A DNA stretch of 38,400 nt from Candidatus Bathyarchaeota archaeon (GTDB lineage Archaea; Thermoproteota; Bathyarchaeia; Bathyarchaeales; Bathycorpusculaceae), in the NCBI GenBank assembly GCA_020350385.1, contig CP070714.1, positions 581,861 to 620,260 of the forward strand, read 5' to 3'. Both the position numbers and the translations under genes were made by a program. Shown here in pieces: positions 27,825 to 35,974 of the stretch; within the stretch, counting starts at the first letter, position 1; the number at the start of each line of letters is the position of its first letter. The notes under the pieces are model-generated. The model had not been told where the DNA came from and ran no database searches. It saw only the letters and a program-made list of their open reading frames with translations.

Positions 27825-29028
27825 AAAAGAGATTATTGACATCGAAAACAAGCTGATGGCAAACGTTTTCGCCAAAAAACCCGTAGTGTTAACAAGAGGC
27901 AAAGGCGCGCTTGTCTGGGATGTAAACGGTAAAGAATACGTAGACTGCACGGGCAGCTATGGCGTTGCTCTATTAGGGCATTCTCACCCCAAAGTGGTAG
28001 AAGCGGTACACAAACAAGCGGAAAAACTCATTTCTTGCCACGCGGGCTTCTATAACGACAAGAGAGCTGAACTTCTGCAGAAAATCGTCCAAATAACACC
28101 GAAGGGCTTAGAAAAGGCTTTTCCTTCAAACAGCGGCGCCGAGGCTGTTGAATGCGCCATAAAATTAGCTCGAAAATTCACGGGCAAGCCTGAAATAATC
28201 GCCATGATGGGCGGCTTTCACGGAAAAACCATGGGTGCTCTATCTGCGACTTGGGACAAAAAGTACCGTGAACCATTCCAGCCCTTGGTTCCAGAGTTTA
28301 AACATGTTCCTCCTGACAATCTCGGAAAGGTGCGAGAAGCCATAACAGACAAAACCGCCGCCATTCTCGTCGAACCAATACGCGGCGAAGGTGGAGTGCG
28401 AATTCCACCCAACGGTTTCCTTCAAGGACTCAGAGAAATTTGCGATGAGAAAAGCGTTCTCCTAATCTTGGACGAAGTTCAAACAAGTTTCGGTCGCACC
28501 GGCAAACTATTTGCATGTGAACATGAGGGAGTTATCCCTGACGTAATGTGCTTGGCTAAGCCATTTGCAGGCGGCTTGCCCATCGGTATAACCATAGCCA
28601 AAAAGAATATAATGTCTTCTCTAAAGGTCGGCGAGCACTCAAGCACTTTCAGCGGCAGCCCTCTGGTCTGCGCTGCTGCATGTGCCGCCATTGATGTAAT
28701 CTTGGAGGAAAAGCTTGCAGAGAGAGCGGCGACTCTGGGCGTATACTTTAAGGCGAAACTGGAAGAACTGCAGAATAAGTATAAAATTGTGAAAGAGGTT
28801 CGCGGCTTAGGTTTAATGATAGGAGTAGAACTCAGATTTGATGTTCTCAATATAATACTCAAAGCCATGGACAGGGGCGTGCTCATCTTGGACGCGGGAA
28901 AAAACATTCTGCGTTTTCTACCGCCATTAGTAATTGAGAAAGAGCAAATTGACAAAGCCATCTCTGTCCTTGACACAGTCATAGGAGAAGAAGAAAATGA
29001 GCGATTACGCAGTGCGACTTCTAACTGA
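27817..29028 (+). CDS. lysJ: [LysW]-semialdehyde aminotransferase (LysJ/ArgD, class III PLP)
   Basis: NSGAEAVECAIK, FHGKTMG, DEVQT.FGRTG, AKPFAGG, HSSTF.G.P, LRFLPPL. Confidence 0.92.
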   Translation: MNEKEIIDIENKLMANVFAKKPVVLTRGKGALVWDVNGKEYVDCTGSYGVALLGHSHPKVVEAVHKQAEKLISCHAGFYNDKRAELLQKIVQITPKGLEKAFPSNSGAEAVECAIKLARKFTGKPEIIAMMGGFHGKTMGALSATWDKKYREPFQPLVPEFKHVPPDNLGKVREAITDKTAAILVEPIRGEGGVRIPPNGFLQGLREICDEKSVLLILDEVQTSFGRTGKLFACEHEGVIPDVMCLAKPFAGGLPIGITIAKKNIMSSLKVGEHSSTFSGSPLVCAAACAAIDVILEEKLAERAATLGVYFKAKLEELQNKYKIVKEVRGLGLMIGVELRFDVLNIILKAMDRGVLILDAGKNILRFLPPLVIEKEQIDKAISVLDTVIGEEENERLRSATSN

Positions 29029-30133
29029 CTTATTGAAGATTTACAGTCCTTCACGCAAAGAGGAGGCTATCTCCAACTTTCTCGTTAAAGAGATGAAAGC
29101 GTTAGGTTTCCGCATAAGTAAAGACAGTGTGGGAAACGTTATTGGAGAAATCGGGCAAGGCAAGCCAGTAATCCTCTTGTGCGGGCACATGGACACTATC
29201 CCAGGACAACTTCCAGTGCGGGTTAAAAACAACAAAATATATGGCGCAGGCGCTGTTGATGCAAAGGGTCCATTAGCAGCCATGATAATCGCCGCAGCCA
29301 AAGTTGCTCAAGAACCAACGTTTCAAGCCAAAGTTGTGGTTGCCAGCGTTGTCGAAGAAGAAGCCACGAGCAGAGGCGTCAAGAATCTAATACGTGAAGG
29401 AATTTCAGCAGACTACGCCATATTCGGAGAACCAAGCGGAGCGGAAAACATAACCATCGGCTACAAGGGCAACTTGCACATTCAGATAACATTAGAAACG
29501 TATACTGGGCACTCTTCCGTGCCATGGCTTTACGAAAACGCTATAGAAAAAGCGTTTGAACTTTGGCAACAGATCGAAAATGCCTATCCGCCAGTGGAAA
29601 AGCAAGAAAGCCCTTTCCACGCCGTAACAGCTTGCCTAATTAAACTGAGTGGCGGAAAGGGAGACTCCAAGATACCTTCCAAATGCGAGATGCATATTGA
29701 CCTTCGGGTTCCTCCTCAATGCACTTCCGCTCAAGTTTTTAAAGAAGCCGAAAACGTAATCAAGCAATATCAAGCGACTAACCCAAAGGGTTCAGTGAAA
29801 GTAGCCATAAAAGATTCGAATGAGCCCTTCGAAGTTAACAAGAATTCACCTCTTGTGCGAGCCCTCTCGTACTCCATCAGGAAAGTGCAGAATAAGCCTG
29901 CGACTCTTTTGAGAAAAACGGGAACGGGCGACATGAACATCCTCGGACGAGCTATGAACATGCCCATAGTCACGTATGGGCCTGGCGACTCGCATTTGGA
30001 TCACACGAAAGACGAGCACATTCTCATAAGCGAGTATTTGGATGGCATTCAAGTCTACAAGGAGACTATTCTAAAACTAATTGAGCTACATGAGAAAGCC
30101 GGAAATCAAAAGCCGCCACTCTCGCCATCGTGA
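28997..30133 (+). CDS. lysK: [LysW]-lysine/ornithine hydrolase (LysK/ArgE, M20 family)
   Basis: GHMDT, GAVDAKGP, VEEE, GEPS, KTGTGDMN, YGPGDSHLDHT. Confidence 0.93.
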   Translation: MSDYAVRLLTDLLKIYSPSRKEEAISNFLVKEMKALGFRISKDSVGNVIGEIGQGKPVILLCGHMDTIPGQLPVRVKNNKIYGAGAVDAKGPLAAMIIAAAKVAQEPTFQAKVVVASVVEEEATSRGVKNLIREGISADYAIFGEPSGAENITIGYKGNLHIQITLETYTGHSSVPWLYENAIEKAFELWQQIENAYPPVEKQESPFHAVTACLIKLSGGKGDSKIPSKCEMHIDLRVPPQCTSAQVFKEAENVIKQYQATNPKGSVKVAIKDSNEPFEVNKNSPLVRALSYSIRKVQNKPATLLRKTGTGDMNILGRAMNMPIVTYGPGDSHLDHTKDEHILISEYLDGIQVYKETILKLIELHEKAGNQKPPLSPS

Positions 30134-30135
30134 AA

Positions 30136-31551
30136 CTATCGTGGTGCTTTGTCCAATTTGAATTCTTCGTGAATTGCTCGAACTGCCACTTCTCCGTCTT
30201 TCTCCTTAACCACAAACGAAACGTTCAGTTCCGAAGACCCCTGGGCGATCATACGAATGTTTATTCCCTTGCGGGCGACGGCTGTGAATATTCTTGATGC
30301 TACTCCCAATGTACCTTTCATGTTGGCGCCCATGACGGCGATAACGCAAACATCGTCTTCAGCAGTTACCTCACTGATTGAGCCTCTGCCTAAGAGCACT
30401 ATTTCCAACGTGCTAAGCGCCCTTCCCAAAAGGCTTCTTCTAATTATTAATGAAATGTTTGCTTCGGAAACTGCCGTTGAAATCATCATAATGTTTACGT
30501 TATTTTTCCCCAACACATCGAAGATTTTCGCGTAGCTTCCAGGCGCACCAACCATTCCCGCGCCACTAACATTAATCATAGCTACGTCTTTGATCAGAGC
30601 AATTGCCTTCACAACTTCGGTCCGCTTGGCTGTCTGCGCCTTAGCTATTAACGTTCCTGGGTTTTCAGGGTTGAAAACGTTCCTAATTCTAGCGGGAATA
30701 CTCTCCTTCATGATTGGTTCCAATGCCCTTGGATGCATGGCTTTGGCCCCGAAAATCGCCATTTCCGCCGCCTCTTGATAAGAAAGTTCAGGCAGCATTT
30801 TTGCGGATGGAATAATCTTCGGATCGGTAGTCATCAGCCCATCCACGTCTGTCCATATCCACACTTCATCCACGGCTAAGGCAGCGGCTAAAAGGGTAGC
30901 GGTATAGTCTGATCCCCCGCGCCCAAGAGTTGTGACTACACCGTCTTGAGTCGCAGCTATGTATCCCGAAACCACAGGAACCACTTGCTTTTCGAGCAAA
31001 GGTCCAATTCTCTCTCTCAACTGGTGCATGGTCACGTTCATAAGCGGGCTTGCTTCTCCAAAATTCGCGTCGGTTACTATTCCCGCTTCTTTTCCAGTGA
31101 CCCATTGCGATTCGAGCTTCAAATCCCGAAGGGCGCCCCACACAAGTGGTGCCGACAGTCGTTCTCCGAAAGACACGACAAAATCTCTTGATTTAGGCGT
31201 AAGCTCACCAACATAACTTATTCCAGTAAGCACTTTCTCAAGCTCATCGAGAGTCTTTTTAATAATTTGCTCAATTTCTTGCAGCACGCCTTTATTCTTA
31301 ATCGCTTTCAAGGCGGCAGCTGAGTGTTTTTCAAGCATTTTCTGTTTAAACTTGCGAATGTAAGCTTCGTTTCTTTTCTTTGCTTGTTCTGCAGCGTCAC
31401 AGAGGTCGTCGGTTGTGTGGTTCAAAGCTGAAACCACAACGATAACACTGCAACCTTGCTTGGCGCTGTCTGCCACCAAATTTGCTACACAACGGATGTT
31501 TTCGCCAGTAGCCAGAGAAGTTCCTCCGAACTTCATCACTATTTTCTTCAT
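30136..31551 (-). CDS. aspartate kinase with two ACT domains (threonine cluster copy)
   Basis: MKFGGTS, SFGERLS, TTLGRGGSDYTA, WTDVDG, GAKAMHPR, IAQGSSE. Confidence 0.95.
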   Translation of the reverse strand: MKKIVMKFGGTSLATGENIRCVANLVADSAKQGCSVIVVVSALNHTTDDLCDAAEQAKKRNEAYIRKFKQKMLEKHSAAALKAIKNKGVLQEIEQIIKKTLDELEKVLTGISYVGELTPKSRDFVVSFGERLSAPLVWGALRDLKLESQWVTGKEAGIVTDANFGEASPLMNVTMHQLRERIGPLLEKQVVPVVSGYIAATQDGVVTTLGRGGSDYTATLLAAALAVDEVWIWTDVDGLMTTDPKIIPSAKMLPELSYQEAAEMAIFGAKAMHPRALEPIMKESIPARIRNVFNPENPGTLIAKAQTAKRTEVVKAIALIKDVAMINVSGAGMVGAPGSYAKIFDVLGKNNVNIMMISTAVSEANISLIIRRSLLGRALSTLEIVLLGRGSISEVTAEDDVCVIAVMGANMKGTLGVASRIFTAVARKGINIRMIAQGSSELNVSFVVKEKDGEVAVRAIHEEFKLDKAPR

Positions 31552-31572
31552 ACACTCAACTCCAAACTGTTG

Positions 31573-32598
31573 TTACATAAGCAGTTCGCTTGCTAAATTA
31601 TGCTTTATGTCTAACAGGTCCCTTAATACTGCACTGGCAGTTTCCATTCCGCCCGCCCCTCGACCAATAATGGTTTCTTCCCCAGCGAACTTGGAAACGA
31701 AGGTTACAGCGTTTAGAACGCCGCTGACGCATAATGGATCGTGCTTTGATATTTCCGTGGGCGCAACAGTGGGGTTGCCATCTATTGATCCAATGAGCTT
31801 GATCGTGTTTCCTCTTTTGGAGGCTTTTCCCAACGCTTGGAGAGTTACATCACGGATTCCTTGCACTTCCACATCCTTTAAGGTGAATTTTTTGTTCATT
31901 ATCCAGTTCGCCATAATGACCACTTTGCATGCTGCGTCTATTCCATCAATATCCATCGTAGGGTCAGTTTCCGCGTAGCCAAGTTTCTGTGCTTCTTCCA
32001 GAGCTTGCTGGAAAGTTATGCACTTTTCTTCCATTTTTGTAAGAATGTAGTTTGTAGTGCCGTTCAAAATCCCGCGTATGGCAATTATCTTATCGCCTAA
32101 GAGGCCCCTTTTTGCCAACTCTAAAACGGGAGTGCCACCACCCACTGTTCCGCTGAACCGTAAGTACACTTTGTTATAATCAGCCAGTTCCATTAAAGCT
32201 GGAAGCGCTAGTGCGAGAGGACCCTTGTTGGTGGTTACAACGTGTTTGCCAGTTTTGAAGGCGGTTTTAATATGCGATAAGCCAGGTTCGCCGTTCTTCA
32301 CGTTTGTGGGGGTCACTTCCACCACCACTTCAGCTTCTACTGACTCTATAACAGCTGACGACGACATCTGGGGGTAACCGAATTTAGGGTCGGTTCCTAC
32401 TGTTCCGTCCTTCTTCTTAAGCGCCAACATTTTCTCCAAGTCTAAGCCCTTGGAGTTTATGGCTGCGCCGCCTCTGTCGACAATGGCTACAACTTTCGGG
32501 TTGAAACCATAATCTCTAACGGTTTCTATGCTTCTGCGTAAGAGAATGTCGGCTAGACTCTGCCCGACAACCCCGTAGCCCACCAATATAATCCTCAC
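31573..32598 (-). CDS. hom: homoserine dehydrogenase
   Basis: GYGVVG, TTNKGPLA, TVGGGTP, GILNGTTNYIL, GYAETDP..D.DG.DAA.K, GRGAGG.ETASA. Confidence 0.96.
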   Translation of the reverse strand: MRIILVGYGVVGQSLADILLRRSIETVRDYGFNPKVVAIVDRGGAAINSKGLDLEKMLALKKKDGTVGTDPKFGYPQMSSSAVIESVEAEVVVEVTPTNVKNGEPGLSHIKTAFKTGKHVVTTNKGPLALALPALMELADYNKVYLRFSGTVGGGTPVLELAKRGLLGDKIIAIRGILNGTTNYILTKMEEKCITFQQALEEAQKLGYAETDPTMDIDGIDAACKVVIMANWIMNKKFTLKDVEVQGIRDVTLQALGKASKRGNTIKLIGSIDGNPTVAPTEISKHDPLCVSGVLNAVTFVSKFAGEETIIGRGAGGMETASAVLRDLLDIKHNLASELLM

Positions 32599-33860
32599 GA
32601 TAACCCTCCAGAAACAGTCATTACAATGGGGGTCTTAAGCCCCAGAACACGTTCAACCGCTTCCAATTCAGCATCCACTTCAATGGGCTTTTCACTCATT
32701 TTAACCGCAACATCTGGATCCTTAAGCCCGTGACCAGTTGTAACACAAACCACACGCTCGTCTTCATTAACGTCTCCATTTTCTATAAGCTTCTTTAACC
32801 CTGCAATTGACGATGCACTTGCTGGCTCCACAAAGAGCCCTTCTACCTGAGCTAGCATCTTTTGTGCATCCAAAATCTCCGAGTCGGTCACCATTTCAGC
32901 CGTCCCGTGTGACTTTCGTATCGCCTTCAGAGCTTTTTTCCAACTTACAGGCGCTCCAATCCTTATGGCAGTCGCGATGGTTTCAGGCTGGGCAACAGGT
33001 ACGATTTCGTCCTTTCCTTTCTTTATTGCCTGCGCTATTGGCGCTGAGCCAGCTGCTTGTATTCCAGTCATCTTTGGAAGCGTTTCTACGAGACCGAACT
33101 CGTGGAACTCAGTGAATCCTTTCCATATAGCGCTTATGTTCCCAGCGTTTCCCACAGGCACCACAACTCTATCTGGTGCTTCTTGGTTCAGCTGGTCGCA
33201 TATTTCGTAGCCTAAGGATTTCTGTCCTTCAATTCTGAAAGGGTTTATGGAGTTAAGAAGATAGATGGCTCTATGTTTTTCCGAAAGCTTTTGCACAACA
33301 TCCAAGGCTTGATCAAAGTTGCCGCGCACTTGAATTACCTTCGCGCCGTAAATCATGGCTTGCGACAACTTTCCATAGGCAATTTTGCCCGACGGTATCA
33401 GCACGGCGCACTGCAACCCCGCCTTGGCAGCGTACGCAGCCAAAGAAGCAGAAGTATTGCCTGTGGATGCGCAGATAACGGATTCAATTCCGAACTCCAA
33501 GGCTTTCGTAACACCAACTGTCATACCCCTATCTTTGAAGGACCCAGTGGGGTTTTCACCTTCATTTTTCACGTAAAGCTGCCTAATTCCCAGATGTTTT
33601 CCCAAGCGCTGGCATAGATGAAGACCTGTGCCCCCTTCGTTTAAAGAAACTATTTTTGAAAAATCGTTTATGGGCATGAAGTCTCGGTATCGCCACACCG
33701 AGAGAGGCGTATTTCTCCATTCGCTTTCTTTAAGTGCTCTAGCCAACTTACCGTGATCGTATTTTATTTCAAGCTGGTCTCCGCATTTCTTGCAGAAGTA
33801 CACAATTTCATTTATTTCGTATCTGCTTCCACAGTTAATACATTCTTGATATACCATCAT
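32595..33860 (-). CDS. thrC: threonine synthase
   Basis: N-terminal Zn ribbon, NPTGSFKDRG, ASTGNTSAS, PVGNAGN, EPASA, TGHGLKD. Confidence 0.95.
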   Translation of the reverse strand: MMVYQECINCGSRYEINEIVYFCKKCGDQLEIKYDHGKLARALKESEWRNTPLSVWRYRDFMPINDFSKIVSLNEGGTGLHLCQRLGKHLGIRQLYVKNEGENPTGSFKDRGMTVGVTKALEFGIESVICASTGNTSASLAAYAAKAGLQCAVLIPSGKIAYGKLSQAMIYGAKVIQVRGNFDQALDVVQKLSEKHRAIYLLNSINPFRIEGQKSLGYEICDQLNQEAPDRVVVPVGNAGNISAIWKGFTEFHEFGLVETLPKMTGIQAAGSAPIAQAIKKGKDEIVPVAQPETIATAIRIGAPVSWKKALKAIRKSHGTAEMVTDSEILDAQKMLAQVEGLFVEPASASSIAGLKKLIENGDVNEDERVVCVTTGHGLKDPDVAVKMSEKPIEVDAELEAVERVLGLKTPIVMTVSGGLS

Positions 33861-34048
33861 TTCAACTCCATTAGGTTAACGCCTTTGCCGACCTTCGTAG
33901 CGCTTGGCTGAGGGGTATGATTTCATCTCCAAATCAGCAAACAGTATCAAGTTGTAATTATTATTAATGTTGTTGCTTTTTCGCGAGTCAAGTTCTAAAC
34001 AAACCATTTTAAAATGAACAAGCCTCCTGAGGATTGCTTAATCATGTA

Positions 34049-34627
34049 TCACCCTACTATGTTGGACAGAACTTCGTAAGCCTTAAGGCTGTCCTTTTTC
34101 TCCACCACAATGATTGTTTCCGTCCAACAAGAGATGAACTCTATGATGTTTACGTTCTGCTCTGCCAGCAACGCCGTTAGGAAAGCGACTACTCCCGGTG
34201 TTGCTTCTAGTTCTTCTGGAGAATGCATAACTATCATTGTGCAATTATCATGTTTGACTAATGGATTAATTCTTTCAGGCATCTCACTTCTGTCCAGAAG
34301 GTAAACGAATTTGTTTAGCAAGTCCACTTTCATTCCGTTTTTTGTGTTTATTTCCTTGCTTGTTATCATAACGGATTTTCTGTCGTAAACAGCTATTCCG
34401 CTTCGGTTCAGAATTTGCAGGACTTTTTCTTCTCTTTTTTGCTTGTGTTTTTGCAGTTCTTCTGAAAATCGTCTCAAAGCAGCTTTTACAGCGCTTGTGT
34501 TGCCTATTTTTAGCTCTTTTTGAATCTGTCTAGATAATTCGCTGAGGTTGACTATTCCTTTTTCTAAGGCTTCCAGCATGTAGGGCTTGTTTCGCAAGTA
34601 ACTTCGCACGGTTTGAGCTATTGTCAT
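34049..34627 (-). CDS. ACT-domain protein with helical/HTH-like N-terminus (candidate amino-acid-responsive regulator)
   Basis: N-terminal GIVNLSELSRQI...AVKAALRR; C-terminal ACT TPGVVAFLTALLAEQNVNIIEFISCWTETIIVV. Start moved to ATG 34627, about 25 nt downstream of a minus-strand TTTAAATG (likely leaderless). Confidence 0.85.
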   Translation of the reverse strand: MTIAQTVRSYLRNKPYMLEALEKGIVNLSELSRQIQKELKIGNTSAVKAALRRFSEELQKHKQKREEKVLQILNRSGIAVYDRKSVMITSKEINTKNGMKVDLLNKFVYLLDRSEMPERINPLVKHDNCTMIVMHSPEELEATPGVVAFLTALLAEQNVNIIEFISCWTETIIVVEKKDSLKAYEVLSNIVG

Positions 34628-34642
34628 AATGCATAAATGTAT

Positions 34643-34695
34643 CAAATGGGACATTTAAAGCTTATTATGTTACAAAGAAGTCGCAAAGTTTAAAA
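34643..34695. promoter_or_regulatory. 53-bp bidirectional promoter/operator block, copy 2 (between ACT gene and argG)
   Basis: caaatgggacatttaaagcttattatgttacaaagaagtcgcaaagtttaaaa; 48/53 identical to 24335-24387; TATA-like elements on both strands. Confidence 0.8.
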
Positions 34696-34750
34696 ATCCC
34701 GCCCGAGAGGTAAGGGGAATAAATCGATTTCAAAAACGGGGGAACGAAAA

Positions 34751-35974
34751 ATAACAGAAAGAATCGTGCTAGCCTACTCCGGTGGACTAGACACATCAGT
34801 GCTGATCAAATGGCTTCAAGAAAAATACACCGCAGAAGTAATAACTGTAACCGTCAACGTCGGCCAACAAGAAAACCTAAAAACGGTTGAAGAAAAAGCG
34901 AAAAACCTTGGCGCCTCAAAACACTATTCTATCGACGCCAAAGCCGAATTCGCCACGGACTACATTTTCCCAGCCATAAAAGCCAACGCCCTTTACGAAG
35001 GAAAATACCCTATAAGCACAAGCCTATCTCGCCCCCTTATTGTCGCAAAAATGGTTGAAATTGCAGAAAAAGAGAGTGCGACAAGCCTTGCTCACGGCTG
35101 CACAGGGAAGGGTAACGACCAAGTGCGCTTTGACGTAACAATTGGCTCCTTGGCGCCAGACCTTAAGATAATCGCGCCAGTTAGGGAGTGGGACATGACA
35201 AGAGACGAAGAAAAAAAATATGCAAAGGTAAAAGGAATCCCAGTTTCCACCGCAGCAGAGAAATACAGTATTGATCAAAACATCTGGGGAAGATCGATTG
35301 AATGTGGAGTTTTGGAAGACGCTAACCAAGAACCGCCAGAAGACGCTTTTGAGTGGACTGTTTCACCTGAAGAAGCGTCCGACACGCCTGAATACATAAC
35401 CATCAAATTTGAAGCAGGAGTTCCAGTTGCCCTAGACAAAGAAAGCATGGCGCCTCTTGCACTTATTGAAACATTGAATAAGACAGCAGGAAAACACGGT
35501 GTTGGCCGCATAGACCACATAGAAGACCGCTTAATAGGCATTAAATCCAGAGAAGTTTACGAATGCCCAGCCGCAACAGTCCTCTTGGAAGCTCATAAAG
35601 ACCTGGAAAAAATGGTCCTTACGCGGCATGAAGTGTTGTTTAAGCAGCAAATCGACTCCCAATGGACCTTTTTGGCATACACAGGTCTGTGGATGGACCC
35701 TCTGAAAGAAGACTTGGAAGCTTTCATAAACCAAACTCAGGAAAAGGTGCACGGTAAAGTACGAGTGAAGCTTTACAAAGGAGGGCTGCAGGTCGTCGGA
35801 CGATCATCGCCAATGTCGCTCTACGATCAGAACTTAGTAAACTACAACATTAAAACTACATTCAACCAATCATGCTCTAAAGGCTTCATAGAACTGTGGG
35901 GCTTACAAACAAGAATGCAGAACATGCTCAAACGAAAAGCCAAGAAACAAGAAACAACCAAGGTCGGCGAGTAA
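34751..35974 (+). CDS. argG: argininosuccinate synthase
   Basis: LAYSGGLDTS, HGCTGKGNDQVRF, YSIDQNIWGRSIE, DHIEDRLIGIKSREVYECP. Start is probably ATA 34751 (track gives GTG 34766). Confidence 0.97.
   Translation: MTERIVLAYSGGLDTSVLIKWLQEKYTAEVITVTVNVGQQENLKTVEEKAKNLGASKHYSIDAKAEFATDYIFPAIKANALYEGKYPISTSLSRPLIVAKMVEIAEKESATSLAHGCTGKGNDQVRFDVTIGSLAPDLKIIAPVREWDMTRDEEKKYAKVKGIPVSTAAEKYSIDQNIWGRSIECGVLEDANQEPPEDAFEWTVSPEEASDTPEYITIKFEAGVPVALDKESMAPLALIETLNKTAGKHGVGRIDHIEDRLIGIKSREVYECPAATVLLEAHKDLEKMVLTRHEVLFKQQIDSQWTFLAYTGLWMDPLKEDLEAFINQTQEKVHGKVRVKLYKGGLQVVGRSSPMSLYDQNLVNYNIKTTFNQSCSKGFIELWGLQTRMQNMLKRKAKKQETTKVGE

Noticed and set aside
33876..33926. 16-codon minus-strand ORF (MKSYPSAKRYEGRQRR) upstream of thrC as a possible attenuator peptide
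   Set aside because: Contains no Thr/Ile codons and no convincing terminator/antiterminator pair.
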